Source of the DNA: Promethearchaeota archaeon
Lineage (GTDB): Archaea; Asgardarchaeota; Lokiarchaeia; Sigyniarchaeales; SOKP01
Assembly: GCA_048938445.1 (NCBI GenBank)
Contig: JBHLME010000034.1
Coordinates: 1-37,167, forward strand
Length of the DNA: 37,167 nucleotides
Reading direction: 5' to 3'
Shown: one piece after another, positions 1-10,459 of the stretch
Layout of the letters: each line of letters opens with the position of its first letter
Position numbering within the stretch: the stretch's first letter is position 1
Program-made: the position numbers and the translations under genes
Notes under the pieces: model-generated
The model's input: the letters and a program-made list of their open reading frames with translations, nothing else
Database searches by the model: none
Told to the model about the DNA's origin: nothing

Positions 1-1
1 G

Positions 2-736
2 AATTTTCAGAATTTTAACATTCAGTCTTGAAGCTAATTCTCTAGAAGTGAGAGGATTATCTCCAGCTATATTAAATGCACCGGGAGCATTTTTTTTCAA
101 AGCTAAATAAAAAGCCTGGCCAATATCTTCAAACCAGGCAAGTTGAATTAGATGGTCTGGAAATATCGTAATTATTCTTTCCCCACCATAAAGTCTCCCA
201 GAATCATTACTCATATCATGTCCTAAGAAAATATGTGGTCGAAACCATGTAAAAATTACATTAGGATTTTCTTGAATCAATTTCACAATATATCTTTCTA
301 CAATATATTTAGTTTCATTATAATAAAACCTTTTTTGCATTAATCTAATTGGATGTTCTTCAGTAAGGGGAATGGGATTATCCGCAAAAGACCCATATGC
401 AGCGACAGAACTCGCATGAATAATTTTCTTAACACCTGCCTTAATTGCACAATTAAAGACATTTTTACTCCCATCGATATTAATAGAATGTATTTCCTTC
501 TTAGATCCTTTAGCTCCAACTATAAAAGCCAAGTGTATAAGAGCATCATACCCTTTTAAATCCTGATCAATATTCTTATTTCTTACATCTCGTTTTTTAA
601 AAATGAGTTTTTGAGAACTAAATTCCGGTTTTATTAAATCTAAACCTAATATTTCAGTTATTATTTCATCCTTTTCTAATAAAGGAAAGATTGCTCTAGC
701 AAGATATGAAGATATTCCCGTGACGACGACTTTCAT
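2..736 (-). CDS. NAD-dependent epimerase/dehydratase (extended SDR), 3' end truncated by window edge
   Basis: Not in the ORF track. Read manually from ATG at 736: MKVVVTGISSYLA (Rossmann start), DALIHLAF, INIDGSKNVFNCAIKAGVKKIIHASSVAAYG, catalytic YxxxK (YNETK), FRPHIFLG. Confidence 0.9.
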   Translation of the reverse strand, partial: MKVVVTGISSYLARAIFPLLEKDEIITEILGLDLIKPEFSSQKLIFKKRDVRNKNIDQDLKGYDALIHLAFIVGAKGSKKEIHSINIDGSKNVFNCAIKAGVKKIIHASSVAAYGSFADNPIPLTEEHPIRLMQKRFYYNETKYIVERYIVKLIQENPNVIFTWFRPHIFLGHDMSNDSGRLYGGERIITIFPDHLIQLAWFEDIGQAFYLALKKNAPGAFNIAGDNPLTSRELASRLNVKILKI

Positions 737-1001
737 TATTATTCACGTGAAAACTAATCAGATAATCATGTATTTATTATATATAAGAAGAAATCCCAAT
801 TTTAATTATTTCACAAAATTCTATATTTTATCTGAAACAAGTTTATCAAGAATAGAGATATAAAAGCATGATTATGCATTCTAAGTATTGCCGAAACAAA
901 TAAAAACAATAGTGTATTATTTATAAAAACGAATTCTATTTGATTAAATAGATAGTTAAACAAATTTTTTTTTAAACATAATAACTAAAACGGTAATTAA
1001 T

Positions 1002-2786
1002 ATGTATCATATAGACGGTACTGACTATTTAAATACGCCTTATTATCATAAAACTCGTTCAGTTTGCCCTGAATGTCTACAACCTATCGCCGCCGAAATA
1101 GTTGAGGAAAATGACGAAATTTTCATGCAAAAAACCTGTAATGAGCATGGATCATTCAAAGATAAAATTTCATCTAGTGCTAAATATTATAAATGGACGC
1201 ACTATGCTCAAAGAAATGAAAAAGGTGAAATTGAGTGGCAATTCCTCAAGAATGGTGAGGCCAATCCTCCCGATTGCAAATCAACTGATTTGCGGGGATG
1301 TCCGTATAATTGTGGATTATGTGATGAACATCTCTCTACCTGTCAATTAGCCTTAATAGACTTAACCAATAGATGCAATTTTAATTGTAACTTTTGTTAT
1401 GCCAATGTCTTGAAGAGCGGTTTCTGGATTGAACCGACTCTAGAAGAAATCGATAGGATCATGACCCATTTTAGGAGCAAACCTTTACCTGCCGTCGCTA
1501 TCATGTTTACAGGTGGTGAACCTACAGTTAGAAAAGACTTTCCTGAAATATGCAAAATGGCTAAAGATCATGGTTTCAAGGAAGTAATCGTTGCAACTAA
1601 TGGTTATGGTTTTCAAAAGAAAAATGGTGGCCTTGAATGGACTAAAAAGGTACATGAAATGGGTGTTGATACTTTATATCTGCAATTTGATGGGATTAAT
1701 GATATTACTTATGAGAAAACTAGAGGGATAAAAAATCTCTTCTCATATAAACAACGTGTAATTGATAATTGCCGAAAAATAGGTCTTTCATCGGTTGTTC
1801 TTGTAGGGACAATCGCGAAAGGGGTAACTGATATTGAAATTGGAAATATTATTCAATATGCAATCGATAACATTGACGTTGTTCGAGGTATAGTTTTCCA
1901 ACCAGTATCTTTATGTGGTCGTATCTCTCATGAAGACATGACAAATCTTAGAATAACTAATGCAGATGTTATCAAAGAAATCGACAAACAAACACAAGGA
2001 AAGATTGGTATTGAAAACGCATGGTATCCCCTCTCAACAATCACGGAATTAGGAAGAATAATTGCATATTTGGCCGACGTAGAACCTGTAGAGTTTACAT
2101 GTCATCCAGATTGTGGTTTTTCAACCTACATGGCATTAGATCCAAAAACAGGAGAAATACTACCAATCATGGAGTATTTTGATCCTTTAAAGGTTATCGA
2201 TTTCGCTAATAGATTTTGGGAAAAGATAAAGCATAAGGAAAAGAAACCAATTAGTCTTTTCAGTAACATGTTTGAAGCATTAGGAGATGCAGGAAAAAGT
2301 TTAGGAGAGACTCTAGATAAAGGTTTGAACTTCCTTGATAAAACCCAATTAAGGGCAAGGTTTCTTTTAGGAGTGCTACAATATACTAAAAAACCTGGTA
2401 AATTGATGGAAATGTTTAGTAAATTGTTGATAAACGGTAATTGGGAAAGTGTAAGTGCTTTTACTCACGGGTCGTTATTGATTTCCAGCATGCATTTTCA
2501 GGACGCATATAACATGGATATAGAACGTGTTAAACGATGCATTGTTCATTTTGGTATTGCCATGCCAGATGGAAGTGTAAAAGAGTGTAGTTTTTGTACG
2601 ATGAATACTATCCATCGACAAAATATAGAAAAAGCTGTAGCAAGAAAAATTACTAAAAAAGTAGAGAATGAATTTGATACAACAACTGGTATGAGATACG
2701 ATGATATACCTTTGCAAGCAGGAATAGCCCAAGATGGCGGTATAAAGAAGAAAGAAGAAGAAGAAGAATCAGAGGTGACTGAATAA
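1002..2786 (+). CDS. tes: Radical SAM tetraether lipid synthase (Tes / GDGT-macrocyclic archaeol synthase, MJ0619 family)
   Basis: N-terminal metal site SVCPEC...KTCNEHG, auxiliary CPYNCGLCDEH, radical SAM CNFNCNFC, FTGGEPT, YLQFDG, FQPVS, FTCHPDCG, C-terminal MHFQDAYNMDIERVKRC...FCTMN. This is the motif order of the Tes family. Confidence 0.85.
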   Translation: MYHIDGTDYLNTPYYHKTRSVCPECLQPIAAEIVEENDEIFMQKTCNEHGSFKDKISSSAKYYKWTHYAQRNEKGEIEWQFLKNGEANPPDCKSTDLRGCPYNCGLCDEHLSTCQLALIDLTNRCNFNCNFCYANVLKSGFWIEPTLEEIDRIMTHFRSKPLPAVAIMFTGGEPTVRKDFPEICKMAKDHGFKEVIVATNGYGFQKKNGGLEWTKKVHEMGVDTLYLQFDGINDITYEKTRGIKNLFSYKQRVIDNCRKIGLSSVVLVGTIAKGVTDIEIGNIIQYAIDNIDVVRGIVFQPVSLCGRISHEDMTNLRITNADVIKEIDKQTQGKIGIENAWYPLSTITELGRIIAYLADVEPVEFTCHPDCGFSTYMALDPKTGEILPIMEYFDPLKVIDFANRFWEKIKHKEKKPISLFSNMFEALGDAGKSLGETLDKGLNFLDKTQLRARFLLGVLQYTKKPGKLMEMFSKLLINGNWESVSAFTHGSLLISSMHFQDAYNMDIERVKRCIVHFGIAMPDGSVKECSFCTMNTIHRQNIEKAVARKITKKVENEFDTTTGMRYDDIPLQAGIAQDGGIKKKEEEEESEVTE

Positions 2787-3053
2787 ATGGCAGAAATAGA
2801 TCCCAAAACGGGAATGAAGATCCGAAAATTAACCGAGTTAAGAAGTTCAGCCGCAGAAGAATACCAAGAAGCGATGATGAAACGAGTTAAAGAACTCCAT
2901 ATTCAAGAGAACAAGGTAAAAGATGTTGCTGAAAACACCATCGTCAGGTCTTTATCTACATTATTAGATCTTAAACTTAAAGTTGACGAAATGCTCGGTG
3001 ATAATAAGGAAAAGATACAAAAAGCAATTGAAAACATTCTTTTAGCGTTTTAA
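2787..3053 (+). CDS. Small helical hypothetical protein abutting tes
   Basis: 88 aa, charged and helical. ATG directly follows the tes TAA; GAGGTG lies just upstream; T-tract follows. Confidence 0.8.
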   Translation: MAEIDPKTGMKIRKLTELRSSAAEEYQEAMMKRVKELHIQENKVKDVAENTIVRSLSTLLDLKLKVDEMLGDNKEKIQKAIENILLAF

Positions 3054-3057
3054 TATA

Positions 3058-3081
3058 TTTTTATTTTTTATTTTTAATTTT
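3058..3081 (+). terminator. Oligo-T archaeal terminator
   Basis: Repeated T runs directly after the stop at 3053. Confidence 0.5.
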
Positions 3082-3315
3082 ATTAAAATTCTATATTTCA
3101 AAAAGGAGAAATTAGAATTGATTACTTTTAATGTTTTATTTACACTCTACACCTAATGCAATTTTAGAACCTATATAGTTAAAATTCTGAGAAAATTTTA
3201 GCTTTTATATATAACAATAAATTTATTAAAAAATATAAAAAAAAATTAATAAGATCACTTCTTTTTGATTTTTTTTTAATTTCAAAAATTTTCTGTTAAA
3301 AATGGTGAATATTAA

Positions 3316-5016
3316 TTGAAAATAAGATTAGAAAAAAAAAACAAGCGGATTGCATTGATTTGTACTTTTCTTTCCATATTTATCCTTGGAACAATATTAA
3401 TCTTTACTATTCCAGTATCAGTGAAATCAACATACGGGTTGTGGGCTCATACTTCTGATGGAGTTGATATTTCTTATAATGTATTTGAACCCGCAGGTCG
3501 AGAGGGTGAAACAAAACCTGTTGTTATTATTGGCCATGGTTTCATGGCAAATAAAGAAATAATGAAGGGATATGCGATTGAAATGGCAGTGGCGGGATTC
3601 ATAGCGGTTGTCCTTGATTTCAGAGGTCATGGTCTGAGTTCAGGAATAATAGATAATAGTTTGCTTATTAATGATCTTAATGCTGTAATAGGTAAAATTA
3701 CCGAACGCGCTGATGTAGATGGTAATAATTTCGGTTATCTTGGATATTCCATGGGAGGGTTTCCGGGTAATGAGATCATTAATATTTCTACGAATTTTAA
3801 ATGTTTTATTGGAGTAGGAACATCCCTATACCCAACAGTCCGTAATGGAACCTCCGCAAATCATCTGAATGTTTTGATGATCCAAGCAAGATTTGATGAA
3901 GCTAATCCCATGGAACTTCTTAAATCACGAGTAGGAGAAAGGATGGGTCTTGGAGGACCGGCAGATCCTAATAAATTATATGGTTGTTTCACGGATGGTA
4001 ATGCCACGATGATTTATCTTGATGATAATACGGATCATTTACTCTTGACTTGGGATCAGGATTTTATTAGAACAGCAAGAAATTGGGTTAGTAGCACTTT
4101 TCCTGAGATCACCGCTCTCGATGAGAATTTCTACGTTAATGTTAGGGGATTAATCTTGTTATTACAGTGTTTTGGGGGAATTGGATTCTTCTTCCTCATC
4201 ATAGAACCACTATCTAATATAATCGTAAAAAAAAAAGAAGAAGATAAATATGTAATCGAATTGCGTGAACTTTCTATGAAGACGATTGGTATTAAAACCT
4301 TGGCTTATGTTTTAGGTCTTAGCCTCGTAGGCATGATTTTTGTGATACCGTTATTTCTCTTCATACCATTATCGACCATAGGAGTGATGTCATTATTGCT
4401 ATTCGGTTCGGCATTTGCATTATTATTGATGTTCTGGAGGATTAGTAAAAAAACAGAAATCTCTATCAAATCCATGTTGAAGGGAGTAATTAAAAGGCGT
4501 AAAGGACAATTACTTAAGGAGAGTATTTTTGGGGGTATTATATTTACGATTCTTTTCCTTGTACTTTTATTAAGTATTGGTTTAAATTATTTTGCAATAG
4601 TACCATATTACATTAAACTATTTTGGGCAATTCCTTACTTCCTTGTATTCTTCTTTTTATTCATAATGGTGGGTTTAATTAGCAACGTAATAATACAACC
4701 AAGATTTACAAATGACATTAAGGGCACAATAAAAGTTGGATTATTGACTTCCACGTTAATGACCACGTATTTCATAGTCTACATTTTAGTTTTTAGCATG
4801 ATTTCGGGTAACTATTTCTTTATCCTTACATTTTTTATTGCCGTTCCACTGAATCTCTTATCTGGGTTAGTCTCTGCCATATTATATCAAAAAACCGGAA
4901 ACATTATTGCAGGTTCTATCGTAAGTACAATTCTTTATGTAGTCATGCTTACCACTCTAAGTCCAACCATAAGTGGTTTGAACATGCTCATAATGTTTAT
5001 GACACTTTCTATTTAA
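3316..5016 (+). CDS. Membrane-anchored alpha/beta hydrolase with multi-TM C-terminal domain
   Basis: N-terminal TM, GHGF oxyanion loop, DFRGHGLS, nucleophile elbow GYSMG, DE and DH candidates for the catalytic triad, about 8 C-terminal hydrophobic segments. TTG start after GGTGA. Confidence 0.85.
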   Translation: MKIRLEKKNKRIALICTFLSIFILGTILIFTIPVSVKSTYGLWAHTSDGVDISYNVFEPAGREGETKPVVIIGHGFMANKEIMKGYAIEMAVAGFIAVVLDFRGHGLSSGIIDNSLLINDLNAVIGKITERADVDGNNFGYLGYSMGGFPGNEIINISTNFKCFIGVGTSLYPTVRNGTSANHLNVLMIQARFDEANPMELLKSRVGERMGLGGPADPNKLYGCFTDGNATMIYLDDNTDHLLLTWDQDFIRTARNWVSSTFPEITALDENFYVNVRGLILLLQCFGGIGFFFLIIEPLSNIIVKKKEEDKYVIELRELSMKTIGIKTLAYVLGLSLVGMIFVIPLFLFIPLSTIGVMSLLLFGSAFALLLMFWRISKKTEISIKSMLKGVIKRRKGQLLKESIFGGIIFTILFLVLLLSIGLNYFAIVPYYIKLFWAIPYFLVFFFLFIMVGLISNVIIQPRFTNDIKGTIKVGLLTSTLMTTYFIVYILVFSMISGNYFFILTFFIAVPLNLLSGLVSAILYQKTGNIIAGSIVSTILYVVMLTTLSPTISGLNMLIMFMTLSI

Positions 5017-5025
5017 TATTATAAT

Positions 5026-5039
5026 TTTTTTTTTTTTTT
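5026..5039 (+). terminator. Oligo-T terminator
   Basis: Long uninterrupted T run about 10 nt after the stop at 5016. Confidence 0.55.
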
Positions 5040-5190
5040 AGAATTTCTTCGTCGATCTTTATTATTTAATAGACTAATTTTATAATTTGTTATTAAAAAT
5101 ACTATTAAATTCCTTTCAAGCGAAAGGTATTAAATTCAGTTTTAATTTAAATCTTCAATTCGAGATTTTATCATTAAGGACCATTCTGAT

Positions 5191-6264
5191 TTGATAATAA
5201 TGTATAAATTAAGTACATTGCCAGTTACTATTGTTTTCATCTTAAATGGAATTGGGCATCTTTATTATGGGTATCGATTAAAGAAAAAATTCCCAGAATA
5301 CCATAATTTTTACGATACGATAATGTTAGTATGCTTATGGACAGTCGCGGGAATTTTTTATCCTCTTTACTACTTAGAGAATAATCCAATTCTTAGTGGA
5401 TATTTGAATATCTGCACCTTATTTATTTGCATTTTCACACCTTTCATAATATTTTTAATATTATATTACCAAAAACTAAAAATAAAAAAGAATTCAACTG
5501 TACGGGACAGGAGAACGGTTGATAAATTTATTGAAGATCATGATTTAAAAGAAATGAACAAAACTCATTCTTATAAGACTGATTTAACTCGAAAATTATT
5601 ACATTTATTTCCAGCAGTAATGATCATATTCCTCTGGGTGTTTGCGGTTAATATATGGGGGACTTTATGGAATCAAGGAGATAAATGGGGCATAACATCA
5701 CAAGATTTTGGTAGGATCTTGATTTTAACCGTTGGATATTCTGGAATTTTAATATTTGCTGCTTTAGATTATGTTAGACTATCCCCACTACTATTTAAAC
5801 GCAATTTATTTCATTTACTTCCCGATAACGTTTCAAAATTGTTAGGGAATGCCATGAAAGGTGAAGAATTATATGAATTTACCAAGCCTGCAACATTAAT
5901 ATTAGCTTTTGCGACAATATTTTTGTTTCCATTTCCAATTTTTTGTGCAGCTGCATTAATTGCCACGATTGGAGATGGAGCTGCTTCAGTTTTAGGGAAA
6001 CGTTTTGGAAAAATTAATTTTCCTAAAAGTAGTGAAAAGACTATTATTGGATATATTTCTGGATTTCTTGCATCATTGGGAGTCATATATCTTTCATTAA
6101 TTCTTTTTGTGCCTGATATTTCAATCATAAAATGTTTTATAATTTCACTTGTGGGAGCATTAGTCTTCTTTATTATTGATATATCAAATGTAAAATTAGA
6201 TGATAATATTTTAAATCCAATAATTAGCGCAATATTTATGAATATTTTATTTTATCTATTATGA
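5191..6264 (+). CDS. CTP-dependent dolichol/phytol/diacylglycerol kinase family membrane protein (start may be ATG 5200)
   Basis: RKLLHL, IGDGAASVLGKRFG..KTIIG and DDNILNP motifs; multi-TM. Confidence 0.85.
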   Translation: MIIMYKLSTLPVTIVFILNGIGHLYYGYRLKKKFPEYHNFYDTIMLVCLWTVAGIFYPLYYLENNPILSGYLNICTLFICIFTPFIIFLILYYQKLKIKKNSTVRDRRTVDKFIEDHDLKEMNKTHSYKTDLTRKLLHLFPAVMIIFLWVFAVNIWGTLWNQGDKWGITSQDFGRILILTVGYSGILIFAALDYVRLSPLLFKRNLFHLLPDNVSKLLGNAMKGEELYEFTKPATLILAFATIFLFPFPIFCAAALIATIGDGAASVLGKRFGKINFPKSSEKTIIGYISGFLASLGVIYLSLILFVPDISIIKCFIISLVGALVFFIIDISNVKLDDNILNPIISAIFMNILFYLL

Positions 6265-6287
6265 GAATATTATAAAAAAGTGAAATA

Positions 6288-9167
6288 TCAGAAAAAAGCA
6301 TCCATTTTTTTTAATCCTTTAATCTCATCATATGAAATTCCTAAAGCATCTAAAACTTGTTCTAAAGCTGATTTTAGAAGTTCACGATATTTCTTAGGAT
6401 CAATATCTTGAAGTTTTGCTAATTCCAAAACTTTAGCTCCATTTTTTCCTTTACTTTTTATAAAAGTGACTGTTTCACCTTTTTGGAGTTCTCTTCCAGT
6501 AATTTCTTTCAATTCTTTTGCGGCACTGACATGTTGGGGAATAACTTTCACATATTTATCAAGATCTTTTTGAAGACTAATATTTATGGCATAATCCTCA
6601 AGAGTAAATGCATCTGGTTTACCAATTTTATTACGACTATTTTTAACTAGATCTATGATTTTATACCTAGCTTTATTAAATTCATTATCATTTGTAATAT
6701 TTTTTAATATTTCGATAAACTCATTGAATATTTTTTTTATAAATTCGGGAGTATTCCTTTTTTTAGCAACAAGCCCTTTTATATCTACATATTTTGTATC
6801 CTTGTAAATTCCAATATAATTTTTTTTTCTTTCAGACAAAGCTAAAAATTGATACTTTTTTTCCTCTTCTAAATCGAGATCTAACTCTTTTTTACTCCAT
6901 TCTGAAATATTTTTCAATTGCTCTTTCGTAGGATGTGAGAGAAGAACTGAATCTGTATCACCATATAAGACTTTTACACCCATACTTTCTGATTTTTTAA
7001 TAGTTGCCTTTATTGAATATCTCCCTATTCCAGTTGTACTTTCAGCAACGGGTAAACAAAATAAAGGAAAATTTTGACTACCAAACACTCCATATGCACT
7101 ATTGATGAAAACTTTCAATGCTTGCTGAATGGTATTATAATAACTACGTCGTTCAGGTGATAAATTCTTATCTGAGGATTTTGGTTTAAAATATTTTACT
7201 CTAATATCTCTAAAAAATCCAACAATATAAGAAAAGATACCCATTTTATGAGTACATACGTAGTATGGAATTCCTTTTACGAGATTATCCATGCAATCTT
7301 CATGGGGACATGATACTGTTTCATACGATAAATTATATTCTTTTATAATAGTAGGGTATAAGGAGGAGAAATCCATAACTACAACTTCATAATGGATACC
7401 AGGTTCAGGGGGTATTACATAAGCACCCTTGAATGACTTTCCTTCTATTGTGGATTTTGAATATCCTCCTTGTTTTAACTCTTGGAGTTCGGAACGTCTT
7501 GGTATGATAAATCCTTTTTGTCTATGTTCAAAGAAGAGAATATTTCGAATCCAAGCTGATATTTGATGCCTTAATAAGTCATGAATTGGCATCTTTGTTA
7601 TTCTACATAGAATAATAATTAAATTCCATACAAGAGAATTATTAAATTGTGTTAATTCTAAAGTTAATATCGAATCTTTCAAGTTGTACCAAGTTAACAC
7701 CCCATAATCCATTTCATGTATTTCTTCTTCATGTTGATATTTTTTTCGTCCTAATAACGCAGAGCTAATTTCATTTAAAGAATTTCTTTCATAAACTCCA
7801 CCAAATGCATAACCAGAAATACTCCGATTGGAAAAAAAATTAAATATATCTATATGAATACCCTTTCTGAGATCACATTCTGCTGTTGACATCACCCCAA
7901 AACCCCTTTTTACGTGAATAGGATTTAAATCCCGATCTATTTTTAATTTATTTGCACGATGAAACATATAATTCAAGTCAAAATTATCACCATTAAATGT
8001 GATTATAATGGGATATTCCCATATTATACGAAAAGTTTCAATAAGCAAGTCTTTTTCGTTCTTAAAAATGATTATCTGAGCATCATCAGGGAATTTTTCA
8101 TGTCTACCAACAAAAGTAAATCCTTCTCTCTCTAATACATAAACCAATTTCTTCCCATCATTAGACACGAATGATATTGAAATAATCTCTTGTTTCGCTA
8201 GGCGAGGATCTGGAACTTTGTAGTCGTGTTCTCCCATATTCACTTCTATATCCATTGCAAGTAGATTTACTTCAGGTATTGGAGTTAAAAAAACATCTAG
8301 ATTTCTTTCAGCAAATTGGAGTATCTCTTGTTTCTCTTCCTTGAATAAATTTAAAAGTTCTTCAGACATTTCATCTAAATTATCAAGTTCACCGCAGTAT
8401 TCTATTTTGTTAATTTCTCCATTTTTTATACTATATATTAAACCTGGAATAAGTGCCGTGTCATAGATATAATTATGATGATATCGAATATCTGCTTCCC
8501 AAGCTTCTCCATCAAGAATGTTCTTAATATTCTCACCAGAGCCCCCAATATCTAAGGGTGTCTTTCCATAAATTTTAGTGACTTTTATCTCTTTATCTCT
8601 TAATAGATCCATAATCTTAACTTCTTCACATCGTTTAAATCCTTGAAAGTTTGTTAATTGAATGTTATTTTCTAACACACTTTTAGATTCTTTACTAAAA
8701 CAATAGGGTTCATGATTGGTTGTATCAATCCAAATCTTAATATCATGGTGATCTAAGTCATAAAATTTACAATATGCCTTGTTTTGCCCTCCATCATAGT
8801 CCACATCTAATAATAGACCACGTTCAAGATTTTTAACGATTTCATTATTATCAATTAAATATCGTATGTATTTTGAAGTGACATTTTCTCTTTTTATTGT
8901 GTCCAAAATCTCTCCACTTTTTTTTAAACCAAAAGGTTTATCATTACCTTGAAAAAATAAATCTTTAGCAATAGCTTTTTCTTCTTTTTTTACTGCTTTA
9001 TCTCGTGTTGGTTTTTTAATCTCATTTTTTTTTGTTTCTTTAATTTCTTCTTTTTTTTCTGGTTGTTTCTTCGCAATTTTTTCAGCAGGAGTCTTAGGAG
9101 AGGTAAAAAATGAATCTATAGATTTTTGTTTCTCATCGCTTTTCTTTGTTTTTTTTGGATTTGCCAA
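6288..9167 (-). CDS. polB1: Family B DNA polymerase, PolB1-type
   Basis: ExoI DIE, ExoII FNGDNFD, ExoIII YNLKD, motif A DFSSLYPTII, motif B QQALKVFINSAYG, motif C YGDTDS, KKNYIG. The N-terminal LLDVDYDG..KAYCKFYD segment resembles crenarchaeal PolB1. No intein. Confidence 0.93.
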   Translation of the reverse strand: MANPKKTKKSDEKQKSIDSFFTSPKTPAEKIAKKQPEKKEEIKETKKNEIKKPTRDKAVKKEEKAIAKDLFFQGNDKPFGLKKSGEILDTIKRENVTSKYIRYLIDNNEIVKNLERGLLLDVDYDGGQNKAYCKFYDLDHHDIKIWIDTTNHEPYCFSKESKSVLENNIQLTNFQGFKRCEEVKIMDLLRDKEIKVTKIYGKTPLDIGGSGENIKNILDGEAWEADIRYHHNYIYDTALIPGLIYSIKNGEINKIEYCGELDNLDEMSEELLNLFKEEKQEILQFAERNLDVFLTPIPEVNLLAMDIEVNMGEHDYKVPDPRLAKQEIISISFVSNDGKKLVYVLEREGFTFVGRHEKFPDDAQIIIFKNEKDLLIETFRIIWEYPIIITFNGDNFDLNYMFHRANKLKIDRDLNPIHVKRGFGVMSTAECDLRKGIHIDIFNFFSNRSISGYAFGGVYERNSLNEISSALLGRKKYQHEEEIHEMDYGVLTWYNLKDSILTLELTQFNNSLVWNLIIILCRITKMPIHDLLRHQISAWIRNILFFEHRQKGFIIPRRSELQELKQGGYSKSTIEGKSFKGAYVIPPEPGIHYEVVVMDFSSLYPTIIKEYNLSYETVSCPHEDCMDNLVKGIPYYVCTHKMGIFSYIVGFFRDIRVKYFKPKSSDKNLSPERRSYYNTIQQALKVFINSAYGVFGSQNFPLFCLPVAESTTGIGRYSIKATIKKSESMGVKVLYGDTDSVLLSHPTKEQLKNISEWSKKELDLDLEEEKKYQFLALSERKKNYIGIYKDTKYVDIKGLVAKKRNTPEFIKKIFNEFIEILKNITNDNEFNKARYKIIDLVKNSRNKIGKPDAFTLEDYAINISLQKDLDKYVKVIPQHVSAAKELKEITGRELQKGETVTFIKSKGKNGAKVLELAKLQDIDPKKYRELLKSALEQVLDALGISYDEIKGLKKMDAFF

Positions 9168-9380
9168 TTAGATCAACTTGATGTAAAATATGTTAATATC
9201 TATTATGATCTATTATTATTATTCATATAATAACCTCATCTATTCCTAAATTAATAAACTAAAATAGCATTTCATTTGAAAATTTCAATGTTAATTTTAA
9301 TAATAAGTTTTTGGACCTTCATTTAATTCAATCTTACTATTAGAGAAGATTTGGTTATTCCTTAATAATAAATAATTTTG

Positions 9381-9893
9381 TTATTTTTTTCTATATGTTA
9401 ATTGAACTAATCCCGAATCAAATGATTCACATTTCTCGAGTTTCAAATTAATTTGTTTTGATTTCATTGAAAATAATAAAATTCCATCCCCTAAGATTAG
9501 TGGATGAATAGATATAATATATTTGTCAATAAGACCATTCTGTATAAGTGGCTCTATAATTTTAGATCCTCCTATTAACCAAATATTTTTTCCTTCTTTA
9601 GCTTTCAAATCCAGAATAAAGTTAACTAAATCTGTAGAAATTATCTTTATGTTATCATCAACTGGTTCTTTTAATGTTCGAGAAAATACAAAACTTTGAT
9701 AAGTATTATATGGATAATCACCAAACTTTAAAATTTGCTGATATGTTCTTCTCCCCATTATAACAGTATCAACATCTTGGATGAAATCTTTGTATCCATA
9801 ATCTTGATCATAAAAAAGCCAATCTATTTCGCCTGACTTTCCAGCAATATATCCATCTAAACTCGTAGCGATATATAATATCAAATCTCTCAT
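9381..9893 (-). CDS. Dihydrofolate reductase / RibD C-terminal domain family protein
   Basis: IATSLDGYIA, MGRRTY, IWLIGGSKI, IHPLILGDGILLF. Confidence 0.9.
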   Translation of the reverse strand: MRDLILYIATSLDGYIAGKSGEIDWLFYDQDYGYKDFIQDVDTVIMGRRTYQQILKFGDYPYNTYQSFVFSRTLKEPVDDNIKIISTDLVNFILDLKAKEGKNIWLIGGSKIIEPLIQNGLIDKYIISIHPLILGDGILLFSMKSKQINLKLEKCESFDSGLVQLTYRKK

Positions 9894-10009
9894 ATATTAT
9901 ATTAACCTTTTTTTAGTATTAATGATGTTATTATAAATTAAAAAAAAAAATTTTATATCAATAATAAATAAAGAAATTATATACAGTTTCTAATATTATA
10001 TATTATGGT

Positions 10010-10393
10010 ATGGTTGATAAGAAAAAAATTATTGATAATTATGAACCTTCAGAAAATATAGGTAATTTTTTTATTTTAGATGATACCGAAGAATCTTGGC
10101 TTTATGGGGAGATCGAACTCGATGAGGCTCTTGATCAGTTTATTTCACTCATAAAGGAGGAAATAGATTATTCTTGGGGCCCAGAATTTAGTGATATGAA
10201 TGAATATTTAATATTTTATATCGATACCAATGATAAAAATAATTTAAAAGAAATAAAAAATAATGGAATTTATCAGAAAGTCAAGAAACTTGAGGAGATA
10301 TACATCGCAATAATTCATAAAAAAATACCATATCGAATCATTGAAAATATTCCACCTTTATTTGAATGGTTTATGGATTTTTCTTTAAATTAA
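10010..10393 (+). CDS. Hypothetical acidic protein
   Basis: 127 aa ATG ORF filling the intergenic space; no recognisable motif. Confidence 0.65.
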   Translation: MVDKKKIIDNYEPSENIGNFFILDDTEESWLYGEIELDEALDQFISLIKEEIDYSWGPEFSDMNEYLIFYIDTNDKNNLKEIKNNGIYQKVKKLEEIYIAIIHKKIPYRIIENIPPLFEWFMDFSLN

Positions 10394-10459
10394 TTTAATT
10401 TTGAACCTACAATAAGAACTTTATAAAATTTTAAAGATAATTTGAATTTATTGTTTATA

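Noticed and set aside
353-559. 68-aa plus-strand ORF
   Set aside because: Antisense to the clear epimerase gene on the minus strand.
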